Shown: piece by piece, positions 1 through 8,534 of the stretch
Layout: each line of letters opens with the position of its first letter
Numbering within the stretch: the stretch's first letter is position 1
Source of the DNA: Calditrichaceae bacterium
Lineage (GTDB): Bacteria > Calditrichota > Calditrichia > Calditrichales > JBFXGD01
Assembly (NCBI GenBank): GCA_050178385.1
Contig: JBFXGD010000048.1
Location: 1 to 21,880 of the forward strand
Direction: 5' to 3'
Length of the DNA stretch: 21,880 bases
The notes under the pieces: generated by a model
Database searches by the model: none
The model's input: the letters and a program-made list of their open reading frames with translations, nothing else
What the model was told of the DNA's origin: nothing
Translations under genes and position numbers: made by a program

Positions 1-33
1 CTTCTGCAAAAAATCCGTGAGGCGCTGGACTAA
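1..33 (+). CDS. 3' end of a gene entering from the left, probably a receiver-domain protein (response regulator or hybrid histidine kinase)
   Basis: Frame 1 reads LLQKIREALD-TAA, resembling the last helix of C-terminal receiver domains. Only 10 codons are visible. Confidence 0.5.
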   Translation, partial: LLQKIREALD

Positions 34-78
34 ATTCAGCCTAATATTAGAATAGATAATTTAATGTAAACAGTAATG

Positions 79-107
79 TTGATTTCATATTTCTAATTTT
101 GTAAATT
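79..107 (+). promoter_or_regulatory. Putative sigma70 promoter of tRNA-Leu
   Basis: TTGATT (79-84), 17 nt spacer, TAAATT (102-107), ending 14 nt before the tRNA. Confidence 0.6.
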
Positions 108-121
108 CGGAAACTTTTGAT

Positions 122-205
122 GCGAAAGTGGTGGAACTGGTAGACGCGCTAGGTTCAGGGTCTAGTGTCCTTACGGACGTGGGGGTTCAAATCCCCCCTT
201 TCGCA
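122..205 (+). tRNA. tRNA-Leu (anticodon CAG), CCA end not encoded
   Basis: Acceptor stem GCGAAAG/CTTTCGC plus discriminator A. D-loop AACTGGTAGA. Anticodon stem CTAGG/TCTAG with loop TT-CAG-GG. Long variable arm GTCC-TTAC-GGAC. T-arm GGGGG-TTCAAAT-CCCCC. Followed by CTC, not CCA. Confidence 0.97.
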
Positions 206-428
206 CTCTTTATTTACTTTCCAGACAAATATGATAATCTCACCGTTTTTTTCCTACAAAAAATTCCATAATTAAAATTAAGTTATCCTTAAAATTCATA
301 AGTTTTTTTTGTATCTTATGTCACCATGGAACTGTTCTCATAGCAAAATGTTCTGATTGTGTACGATGATAATTGTTTATGAAAAACGATACATTTAAAA
401 TTTTTACCTAATAATTAAGGAGATCATT

Positions 429-1814
429 ATGCGTAAAGAAAAGGACGCGCTTGGTGAAGTAATGGTGCCGGAAGATAAGTATTTCGGCGCGCAAACACAG
501 CGCGCATCAGAAAATTTTAAGATTGGTCAGGAGTTTTTCCCTAAAGAATTTATTCGCGCTCATGCGATTGTTAAAAAGGCGGCGGCCCGCGTGAACGCCT
601 CTCTTGGACAGCTTGATAAAAAAATAGCCGAGACTATCGAAAAAGCGGCAGATGAAGTTATCAAAGGTAAACTGGATGCTCATTTTCCTCTGGTTATCTG
701 GCAAAGCGGAAGCGCCACACAGTTTAATATGAATGTAAATGAGGTAATAGCAAACCGCGCGATTGAAATGCTCGGCGGCAAAATGGGCACAAAAGCTCCT
801 GTACATCCCAATGATCATGTGAATATGGCTCAGTCCACAAATGATACAATCCCCGTTTCCATGCATGTTTCGACAGTGATTGCAATTAAAGAAAAACTGC
901 TTCCTGAATTAAAATCATTACAAAAGGCGCTGGATGCAAAAGCAAAAACATTTAAAGATATCGTTAAAATCGGCCGGACGCATTTACAGGACGCAACACC
1001 ATTAACCCTTGGCCAGGAATTTTCCGGATATGCCGCACAGCTTGAAATGGCCGGTGAGGCAATCGAACACACTCTGCCTCATTTATATGAAATCGCTATC
1101 GGCGGAACAGCTGTGGGAACAGGTTTGAACACAAAAGTCGGATATGACACTAAAATGGCACAGGAGATCTCAAAAATAACCGGTCATTCATTTGTAGTCA
1201 CACGAAATAAGTTCGCGGGACTCGCTGCTCATGACGCTATTGTCGAAACCTCCGGAGCTCTGAAAATGCTTGCGGCCGCGATGATGAAAATCGCGAATGA
1301 TCTCCGCTGGCTTGGAAGCGGTCCAAGAAGCGGATTGGGAGAGCTCAATCTGCCCGCAAATGAGCCGGGTAGCTCAATTATGCCGGGAAAAGTAAATCCC
1401 ACTCAGAGCGAAATGGTAACAATGGTTGCCTGTCAGGTAATGGGAAATGACACGACAATTTCCTTTGCCGGATCCATGGGTAATTTTGAACTAAACGTAT
1501 TCAAGCCTCTAATGGCTTATAATATTCTTCAGTCTGTAAATATCCTTGCTGATGCCTGCGCGTCATTCCGGGAAAACGCGGTAGTTGGTATTGAACCAAA
1601 TATGAAAAATATTCAGGCGCACCTGAAAAATTCATTAATGCTCGTGACTTCATTGAACAGTCATATTGGTTATGACAAAGCAGCTCAGCTTGCTCTCAAA
1701 GCATGGCGTGAAGACAAGACTCTAAAAGAAGCGGCTCTGGAACTGGGCTTCCTTACCGAAAAAGAATTTGATGAATGGGTCCGACCCGAAACGATGATCG
1801 GACCGACCAAGTAA
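429..1814 (+). CDS. fumC: Class II fumarate hydratase
   Basis: 461 aa. Signature [11 protein letters not shown], plus [19 protein letters not shown] and [19 protein letters not shown] at 417-422. Confidence 0.96.
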   Translation: MRKEKDALGEVMVPEDKYFGAQTQRASENFKIGQEFFPKEFIRAHAIVKKAAARVNASLGQLDKKIAETIEKAADEVIKGKLDAHFPLVIWQSGSATQFNMNVNEVIANRAIEMLGGKMGTKAPVHPNDHVNMAQSTNDTIPVSMHVSTVIAIKEKLLPELKSLQKALDAKAKTFKDIVKIGRTHLQDATPLTLGQEFSGYAAQLEMAGEAIEHTLPHLYEIAIGGTAVGTGLNTKVGYDTKMAQEISKITGHSFVVTRNKFAGLAAHDAIVETSGALKMLAAAMMKIANDLRWLGSGPRSGLGELNLPANEPGSSIMPGKVNPTQSEMVTMVACQVMGNDTTISFAGSMGNFELNVFKPLMAYNILQSVNILADACASFRENAVVGIEPNMKNIQAHLKNSLMLVTSLNSHIGYDKAAQLALKAWREDKTLKEAALELGFLTEKEFDEWVRPETMIGPTK

Positions 1815-1818
1815 CTTG

Positions 1819-1846
1819 AAAACCCCGGTAAATCCGGGGTTTTTTT
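1819..1846 (+). terminator. Rho-independent terminator of fumC
   Basis: AAAACCCCGG-TAAAT-CCGGGGTTTTTTT, starting 4 nt after the stop codon. Confidence 0.92.
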
Positions 1847-1988
1847 ATGCCTCATGTCAATTTTATCTCTTAAATGTCCTCAATATTAGACCGAAACTGC
1901 ATGTGCCTCTACCAAACGGTCGAATTTGCCACAAAATAACCCACATTCATTTTTGTTTAAAACAAATAAAAACAATAACATAGATCTT

Positions 1989-2006
1989 TTGGCACGTGAA
2001 TTGAAT
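1989..2006 (+). promoter_or_regulatory. Putative sigma54 (-24/-12) promoter
   Basis: TTGGCACG-TGAA-TTGAAT has a perfect -24 box and correct GG-N10-G spacing, but -12 is GA instead of GC. It is preceded by an A/T tract (1950-1985) and lies about 50 nt before the ATG at 2056. Confidence 0.7.
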
Positions 2007-2055
2007 TAAAGATAATCAAATACTAAGACACAAATTATTCAAAAGGAGTTGTCAA

Positions 2056-2550
2056 ATGAAGTACTTATTCACTCTATTCACAGCGCTGGTTTTATTCGTT
2101 GCCTTTGGAAGCGCGAATGCCCAGGATTCATTGCAGGTAAAAAGCCAAAACAAGAATCAGGTTAAAACAAAAGCGATGAATCAGGTTAAGACAAATGCAT
2201 CATACCAATTTGTAGATGAAAACGGTGACGGTTATAATGATAACGCGCCGGACGAGGATGGTGACGGGATTCCGAACGGTCAGGATGAAGATTATGAAGG
2301 TTCGCAGATGCGTAAAGGGAATTCATCAAAAGGATTTGTAGATGAAGACGGTGACGGAATAAACGATAACGCATTGGATTCAGACGGTGATGGAATACCG
2401 AATGGTCAGGATGAAGATTTTGTTCGCCCTCAGGATGGTACGGGCAGCAAATTTCAAAATGGTAAAGGTCAGGGAAGTAAAGGAGCAGGCGTAGGAACAG
2501 GAGAATGTGACGGGACCGGTCCAAAAGGATATAAGGGATCAAGAAAGTAG
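2056..2550 (+). CDS. Secreted low-complexity protein with two acidic DxDGDG (TSP3-like/EF-hand-like) putative Ca-binding repeats and a Gly/Lys-rich tail
   Basis: 164 aa. Signal peptide ending ...GSANA-Q. RBS AAAAGGAG at 2041-2048. Repeats FVDENGDGYNDNAPDEDGDGIPNGQDEDY and FVDEDGDGINDNALDSDGDGIPNGQDEDF. Has its own promoter and terminator. Confidence 0.85.
   Translation: MKYLFTLFTALVLFVAFGSANAQDSLQVKSQNKNQVKTKAMNQVKTNASYQFVDENGDGYNDNAPDEDGDGIPNGQDEDYEGSQMRKGNSSKGFVDEDGDGINDNALDSDGDGIPNGQDEDFVRPQDGTGSKFQNGKGQGSKGAGVGTGECDGTGPKGYKGSRK
2209..2421 (+). repeat. Intragenic duplication: two 87-nt (29 aa) copies with a 126-nt period
   Basis: 2209-2295 versus 2335-2421. Both begin TTTGTAGATGAA and contain GGTCAGGATGAAGATT near the end. 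Many of the differences are synonymous. Confidence 0.9.
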
Positions 2551-2570
2551 TTAGCCTGCTGTAAATTGAT

Positions 2571-2607
2571 GGCTGCCCTCCCCCCCTCCGGGCAGCCTTC
2601 TTTTTTT
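2571..2607 (+). terminator. Rho-independent terminator with an 11-nt C-rich loop
   Basis: GGCTGCCC-TCCCCCCCTCC-GGGCAGCC followed by TTCTTTTTTT. Confidence 0.88.
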
Positions 2608-2628
2608 GAACACTGCCGAACCATTCAC

Positions 2629-3294
2629 CTATTTAAACTTTGGATAATACTCAAATAATTTAATAAGAACAAATCCCGCGATAAAGCCCCCAATATGAGC
2701 GAACCATGCGACACCGCCCAAATCGTCCCCGGATATTTGCATTGTATATCCGTTATATATCTGGATCAAAAACCAGAATGAAAGTACGACAACTGCGGGA
2801 ATCTTTATTATCCGAATGATTATGATGAAAAAAAACAGGACAGAAATTCGGTTTCTGGGATATTTAATCAGGTATGCGCCCAGAACTCCGGAAATCGCGC
2901 CGCTGGCGCCAACCATAGGTATAAGAGAATCAGGATTGAAGATGATCTGCATTAAAGCCGCTCCGATCCCGGCGATCAAATAAAAGATAAAATAGCGCTT
3001 ATGCCCGATGGTATATTCAATATTATCGCCAAAGATCCACAAATACAGCATATTGCCGGCAAGATGCATGATTCCGCCATGTACGAACATAGAAGTAAAC
3101 ATTTTTAGAATTTCAGAGGGATCAAAGCCATATTGAGTTAAATTTGCCGGTATGAGGCCAAAATGAGCATAAAATTGATCCGGATCCTGCCCGGTGTAAA
3201 TCTGAAACGCAAATACCGTGATATTGGCGAAGATTATCAGGTAATTTACAAAAGGAATAAAACCTTTGGGATTTTCATCGGATATCGGGATCAA
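2629..3294 (-). CDS. Rhomboid family intramembrane serine protease (S54)
   Basis: 221 aa, multiple TM segments. Motifs HGGIMHLAGNM, catalytic GASG and AHIGGF. TTG start with RBS AAAGGA overlapping the stop of the upstream M23 gene. Confidence 0.93.
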   Translation of the reverse strand: MIPISDENPKGFIPFVNYLIIFANITVFAFQIYTGQDPDQFYAHFGLIPANLTQYGFDPSEILKMFTSMFVHGGIMHLAGNMLYLWIFGDNIEYTIGHKRYFIFYLIAGIGAALMQIIFNPDSLIPMVGASGAISGVLGAYLIKYPRNRISVLFFFIIIIRIIKIPAVVVLSFWFLIQIYNGYTMQISGDDLGGVAWFAHIGGFIAGFVLIKLFEYYPKFK

Positions 3295-3304
3295 GGATTT
3301 CCTT

Positions 3305-5515
3305 TTACAGTATTGTTATGGATATGGTATTTTCAATTGTGTTTCCGGCGAGGTCCTTGACCGTAATTGTGATCAGATGGTTGCCTTTGCCGGGATTCCA
3401 GTGCGGGTAGCCTGTGATTATATCTTTCTCCGGGTCCCATTCCGGGATCACAAAACGACCGTCGAGAAGAATCCGGATATTTGATTCCTTTTCGATGCCC
3501 GAAAGATGATCCTTTGTATAAAACTGAATTTTGTCAAGCGTTGTCAGCCTACTGTTGTCTCTGGGATAAATAACTCTCAGCTCCGGCGCGGTCGTATCGG
3601 CCGCGACGAGAAAGGTCCCAAAAGCGGAGATGTCAGCGGATATAGTTTTATTTAAGGTATCAATGATGGCCCCGGCGTAACTGAGTTTATTTGATTTTGC
3701 AAGGCTGTAAATTCCCATTTTGGAGATATCACTGTAAAATGAGTCAGGAGCGATCGTCAAAAAAACGTTGTCTTTCAGTTTCAATCCAAACGGATCAATT
3801 TCATATATGGAACTGAATACCGGGGCATTAATTAGCGAAGCGTCGAGCACTTTTTGTCCGACCGTTACCAGCAGGGTATCATAAAGGCTGGATACGCTCG
3901 CTCGCAGATTAACATGTCCGCCTACGAATCCAATTTTCTGATCAGCACCGGGTAGCAGCCGTTTTATAATCAATGTGGTGTCGAGAATTGTCTGCTCATT
4001 ATCGAGGAGTCTCACGCTTAAATTTTCTCCGCTGATCTTTGCGGCGGAAACAATTTTTTCAAAATAATCATTACGGATGACCGGCAGATAAATTTCAGAA
4101 GATGTTTCATTGTCAAGGTTCAGCGATAGGCCGGGAGAATCATTTATCTGATTAAACCGGAGCGCGAGATTTTTCCCCATGTTTAAAACATCAAGAAAAA
4201 TCGTGGAACTGACCGGGCCGTTCATCCGGGTAATATTTTCAATTTGCTGGTTGTCACTGGTTGTAACCATTGTTTTTAAATAATGATCTTTTCCGGAAGG
4301 GAGCATAATTTTCAGCAAGGCATCCTGATGAGGATTAGAGTAGGAGCGTTCGAGAATCTCGAAAAATTCAATGTTATTCCATGTCCGGCCGTCGGAGCTC
4401 GCGGAAAATCTCAATTCTGTCAGTTTCGATGGGAGTTCCATCCTGAGATATGCCAGATTGTTCGTTCTGTTGATTAATTTGATCTTCGGGGATGCGGCCC
4501 CGTCAGGCAGCAAAGTTCCTTTGATATAACGGGCATTCCCGAAAAAATCACTGACATCGATCCGAAATTCAATCGGATCCGTATTTACCTCAATTGATCC
4601 GTCCCCGAGAGACCGGTCATAAAATTCCAGGTCATTAAAAGTTTCAATATATAATTTATGAAAGACTTTACCGGTCCACGCTCTAAAAGGGTAATAGATT
4701 TCAACATCTATCTGATTTGTAAGGTCAAAATCGATCCTGTCGTAGAGCATACGGAAATAATCAATGTCATTCACTTTTAATTCTGTTTTATAGAAAGCAA
4801 ATGAATTGTGTACGCCGTCCGCCATATCGTATCCCCTGAGAGCGAATCCGATTTTACCTTTTACAAACAATGGTTCATTGATCTGATATTCTCCGTCCCT
4901 GATATAACTGAGATTGAACTCAGCGGGGACAAATGAACCGTTCACGGCGCTTTGCGGAGTAAGCGGAATAATAAGTAATGACTGCAGCGTCGGGGGAATG
5001 TTATCCTGAACTTTATCATAAAATTTCAGCGGATTCAGCGGTCTTTCCTTGCTGTCACGAATTTCAAAATGCAGATGAGGAACGCCAATTCCTGTCTGTC
5101 CGCTATAGCCGAGAATGTCACCTTTTTTGACGGTCCATTTTGAAGGCTGCCAGTTGATGGAGTATTTTTGTTTCTCGATTTGACGTTCACGAACCGCCTG
5201 ATCCATTTCCGGATTGAATTTTTGCAGATGCGCGTACACAGCAATATTTCCGTCTTTGAGTTTCAGGTAAATAACCTTACCATACCCAAAAGGCGAGACC
5301 CTAACACGTACAATTTCACCGTCTTCAACCGCATAAACAGGGTATCCTTCACGGTTCCATGTTTTGATGTCAATGGCGGAGTGATAATGGCCCGGCCGGT
5401 ATTCGCAGAAGCTTGATGTAAGATAGTTACTCGCGTTGGTCGGCCAGAGATAATTCTGGCTCTTAAGTAATCCCGGAAAACAGAGTAGGGTCAGGATGAT
5501 AAGAATTCTTGGCAA
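3305..5515 (-). CDS. Secreted M23 family metallopeptidase with a long beta-rich C-terminal region
   Basis: 736 aa with signal peptide. Zn motifs HSAID (HxxxD) and PHLHFEIR (HxH), plus YAHL. C-terminal DTTAP...ITVKDLAGN segment looks Ig-like. TTG start. Confidence 0.88.
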   Translation of the reverse strand: MPRILIILTLLCFPGLLKSQNYLWPTNASNYLTSSFCEYRPGHYHSAIDIKTWNREGYPVYAVEDGEIVRVRVSPFGYGKVIYLKLKDGNIAVYAHLQKFNPEMDQAVRERQIEKQKYSINWQPSKWTVKKGDILGYSGQTGIGVPHLHFEIRDSKERPLNPLKFYDKVQDNIPPTLQSLLIIPLTPQSAVNGSFVPAEFNLSYIRDGEYQINEPLFVKGKIGFALRGYDMADGVHNSFAFYKTELKVNDIDYFRMLYDRIDFDLTNQIDVEIYYPFRAWTGKVFHKLYIETFNDLEFYDRSLGDGSIEVNTDPIEFRIDVSDFFGNARYIKGTLLPDGAASPKIKLINRTNNLAYLRMELPSKLTELRFSASSDGRTWNNIEFFEILERSYSNPHQDALLKIMLPSGKDHYLKTMVTTSDNQQIENITRMNGPVSSTIFLDVLNMGKNLALRFNQINDSPGLSLNLDNETSSEIYLPVIRNDYFEKIVSAAKISGENLSVRLLDNEQTILDTTLIIKRLLPGADQKIGFVGGHVNLRASVSSLYDTLLVTVGQKVLDASLINAPVFSSIYEIDPFGLKLKDNVFLTIAPDSFYSDISKMGIYSLAKSNKLSYAGAIIDTLNKTISADISAFGTFLVAADTTAPELRVIYPRDNSRLTTLDKIQFYTKDHLSGIEKESNIRILLDGRFVIPEWDPEKDIITGYPHWNPGKGNHLITITVKDLAGNTIENTISITIL

Positions 5516-5577
5516 AATTGAGTCCTATGGCGTTTTTATTGATAAATGATTCCATGTGAATTTGAATAACAGAGTTC

Positions 5578-5606
5578 AATTTACAATCAAAATTGAACGG
5601 GAGCAA
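5578..5606 (-). promoter_or_regulatory. Putative sigma70 promoter for the M23-rhomboid pair, overlapped by a 9-7-9 inverted repeat
   Basis: Minus strand reads TTGCTC-N17-TAAATT. Inverted repeat GTTCAATTT-N7-AAATTGAAC at 5574-5598. Confidence 0.5.
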
Positions 5607-5707
5607 TCAATGACCGGAAAGGGGAAAAGCATTCTGAGTAAAAATAGAATTTTTCACTCAACAATTTATATAAATGCTTCTCCCTTAAAATAAAATGATC
5701 ATTTTGC

Positions 5708-7798
5708 TTAGGCCAGAGTAGCTCTCACATCAACAACAACCGGTTGTCTGCTCTCACTGTCCCAGATAAGCGGATTCAGATCCATTTCAGTGATTTCCGG
5801 ATGCTCCGAAAGCAGCAGCCCAAATCGCTGGATTGCATAGGCGAATGAGTTCAGATCAATGGCGGGATTACCCCGAAATCCATTCAACAGCGCTTGAGAA
5901 CGCAGTTCTGAAATCATTTCTCTGGCCTCAAAGGCGTTGACCGGCGCGATCCTGAAAGAAACATCTTTTAAAACTTCTATAAAGATGCCTCCGAATCCCA
6001 CCATGAGAACCGGGCCGAAAGTGGCATCTTTTTTACCGCCGATGACCAGTTCAATGCCGCCTGAGAGTTGTTTCTGCGCGAGAAAAAGCGGCTGGGTCCC
6101 TGAAGGAAGCAGAAGAGAAGCTCTTTCCGAAAGTTGTTGATAAGACTGTCTTAACAGCGATTCAGTGTCGATATTCAATGCCACGAGGCCGGCGTCGCTT
6201 TTATGAATGATCTGTTCATTGGCGATCTTGAGTACTATTTTGCCGGATTGCTGTTCTGAAAATTTGATTAAGTCATCGATGTTTTCGGTGACCAGATAGG
6301 GAGCAACGGCAATGTCGTAATGCGTTAACAGTTCGAATAATTCAGCGGTGGTGGCCTGTTCTCCGGCGCTCGCCAGAAGCGTTTCTTCCATTTCGGGATG
6401 AGCTACTACCGCTTCGGACTTTCTGAATCGCTGCTGAATGGTCGCGTACTGCCGCATGACGCCGAGAGATTTAACCGCTGCTTCCGGGTATGAGAACACA
6501 GGCAGCTGGAGTTCTTTAAAAACATCCAACCCGGCGGTTTCATCTTTTGTTGCCATTAACACCGGGATAATTGTTTTACCGGAATTGTGTACAAGCGATT
6601 TAATGTGGTCAACGATCATAGCGGGAGTTGTATTCACAGGAGGTTTCACCATAATCAGTATAACACTATCCACTCCTTCATCGTTAAGGATAACCTCAAG
6701 AACATCGTGATATGTCTGATGGTTGGCGCTGGCGATCATGTCAACCGGATTCCCCGTCGCGGCTTCCTGCGGAAGGAAAGACTTTAATTTGTTAACCGTT
6801 GTTTCGCTCAGTACCGCCAGTTTTAAATTTGCTTTTTCCAAAGCGTCGCTGGCAAGAATTCCAGGTCCTCCCGCATTTGTGATGACCGCCGTACGCGGCC
6901 CGGCAGGCAATGGCTGGAGAGACAGGGCTCTGGCTGAATCAAAAACATCTTCCAGAGTATCGCACCGTATCACCCCGCACTGTTTCAGAAAACCGTCAAC
7001 AATATGATCGGGATTGGCCAGCGCGCCCGTATGGGATGAAGCCGCCTTGAGCCCGCTTGCCGTTCTTCCGGCTTTTACCGCGAGAAGGGGTTTTACTGCT
7101 GAAATCCTGCTGCAGATTTTCCGAAAAGCGTTTGGATTATCAATGCTCTCCAGATAAAATGTGATGACTTTTGTGTTGTTGTCACGGTAAAGAAAATCAA
7201 GAACGTCCGCGTCTGTGATATCGGCCTTGTTCCCGGTGCTTACAAATACGGAGAAGCCCAGGTCCGTTCCGGCGGCCAATTCTAAGATCCCGACTCCAAG
7301 GGCACCGCTCTGGGATACAAAGGCCACGTGACCGGGATTCGGCAGAGTGGGTGAAAAAGTCCCGTTAAATGAAATGGCCGGATCGGTATTAAACAATCCC
7401 ATACAGTTGGGTCCCAAAATATTCAAACCATATTTTCCGGCGATCTCCAGCAGATGTTTTTCACGATCAATCCCATCACCGCCGACTTCCTTAAATCCTG
7501 CGCTGATAACGATAATGTTTTGGATTCCGGCTTCGCCAAGTTCTGTCATACTTTCCGGAACAAGCTGATAAGGAAGCAAAATCACAGCGACATCAGGTAT
7601 TTCGGGCAGAGAATCGATGTTTGGAAAGCATTTTATACCGCTTATCTGATCGGCTTTCGGATTGACGAGATATATTTTACCTTCATAATTCATCCTTAAA
7701 ACAGCATCTAAAAACATTTTCCCGAGAGAACCCTCCTTACGGGATGCTCCTATAACCGCAACAGACCGCGGGCGTAAATATTTTTCCAATCGAATCAT
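5708..7798 (-). CDS. Acetate/acyl-CoA ligase (ADP-forming), fused alpha-beta subunits
   Basis: 696 aa. CoA-binding domain (VAVIGAS, GPNCMG), SQSGA, phospho-His motif ASSHTG, TNAGGPG and NPVD. ATP-grasp domain with HKSD and MDLNPL. No GNAT domain. RBS AAAGGAG. Confidence 0.92.
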   Translation of the reverse strand: MIRLEKYLRPRSVAVIGASRKEGSLGKMFLDAVLRMNYEGKIYLVNPKADQISGIKCFPNIDSLPEIPDVAVILLPYQLVPESMTELGEAGIQNIIVISAGFKEVGGDGIDREKHLLEIAGKYGLNILGPNCMGLFNTDPAISFNGTFSPTLPNPGHVAFVSQSGALGVGILELAAGTDLGFSVFVSTGNKADITDADVLDFLYRDNNTKVITFYLESIDNPNAFRKICSRISAVKPLLAVKAGRTASGLKAASSHTGALANPDHIVDGFLKQCGVIRCDTLEDVFDSARALSLQPLPAGPRTAVITNAGGPGILASDALEKANLKLAVLSETTVNKLKSFLPQEAATGNPVDMIASANHQTYHDVLEVILNDEGVDSVILIMVKPPVNTTPAMIVDHIKSLVHNSGKTIIPVLMATKDETAGLDVFKELQLPVFSYPEAAVKSLGVMRQYATIQQRFRKSEAVVAHPEMEETLLASAGEQATTAELFELLTHYDIAVAPYLVTENIDDLIKFSEQQSGKIVLKIANEQIIHKSDAGLVALNIDTESLLRQSYQQLSERASLLLPSGTQPLFLAQKQLSGGIELVIGGKKDATFGPVLMVGFGGIFIEVLKDVSFRIAPVNAFEAREMISELRSQALLNGFRGNPAIDLNSFAYAIQRFGLLLSEHPEITEMDLNPLIWDSESRQPVVVDVRATLA

Positions 7799-7863
7799 AG
7801 CTTCTCCTTTAAACGGCAGATTGAATTACTGAATATTTGATCGTTGAACGCTGGATGCAAAAT

Positions 7864-8262
7864 CTATAAACAAGTATAAAAAGACATGAGGAAACAGGCA
7901 AGTGGTGATAAAACTCTTTGCAGTCTATTAAATAGATCATTTAAATTTAATGGCTTTTGCAGAACTTCTTTGACGCCTAAGTTAATTATATCCGCCTTAG
8001 AGTATTTTTCTAGGAATGCGGTGATGATGATAATCGGAAATTTTATATTTTCCTTTAATACGGATCTTGAGAATTGAAGTCCGTTCATTACCGGCATTTC
8101 AACATCCACTACGGCCGCGTCGGGCATAGTTTCAAGAAAACACGCATAACCGCTTTTACCGTCCGGCGCAAGGATTACTTCATAGCCTTTGAACGTTAAA
8201 AAGTCTGCGAGTACTTCCCGTACCTGAGGCTCATCGTCAACAACTAAAATCCGTTTTATCAC
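7864..8262 (-). CDS. Single-domain response regulator (CheY-like receiver)
   Basis: ILVVDDE, phospho-acceptor VDVEMP, IITA and QKP. No output domain. GTG start. Confidence 0.88.
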   Translation of the reverse strand: MIKRILVVDDEPQVREVLADFLTFKGYEVILAPDGKSGYACFLETMPDAAVVDVEMPVMNGLQFSRSVLKENIKFPIIIITAFLEKYSKADIINLGVKEVLQKPLNLNDLFNRLQRVLSPLACFLMSFYTCL

Positions 8263-8444
8263 AATTTGGTTACCGGAAATTTAATTTGATTACTATTCAA
8301 TACAAAAACAATTTTGTATTATCGCGTACTATTAAATCGAACTTTTGATTTCAAGTGAATCAACTATATTCTATAATCGTTTTATATTTCAGATAATTAA
8401 TTTAAAATGCAAAAAATTTCACAAAAAAACAAGACGGAATTTTT

Positions 8445-8473
8445 TTGACATTCAACCCGATAAAAGATAATTT
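8445..8473 (+). promoter_or_regulatory. Putative sigma70 promoter for the P1 peptidase operon
   Basis: TTGACA (8445-8450), 17 nt spacer, TAATTT (8468-8473), with an A/T-rich upstream tract. Confidence 0.6.
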
Positions 8474-8534
8474 AACAAATACCCAATGAATATGATTCAT
8501 AGATCACGAAAAAAACCGGTAACGGAGCCTTAAA

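Noticed and set aside
362..381. Fur-box-like GATGATAATTGTTT upstream of the iron-independent fumarase fumC
   Set aside because: Only about 11 of 19 positions match the Fur consensus, with a poor right half-site in an AT-rich region.
122..430. tRNA-Leu as an integration site for a genomic island
   Set aside because: No integrase, no duplicated tRNA 3' end seen in the window, and the next gene is housekeeping fumC.
2209..2421. Direct repeats as a CRISPR-like or non-coding array
   Set aside because: Only two copies, in frame within a CDS, diverging largely at synonymous positions. No cas genes.
5708..7798. Protein lysine acetyltransferase (Pat/YfiQ) call for the CoA-ligase-like gene
   Set aside because: No GNAT domain, and the phospho-His motif SHTG is intact.
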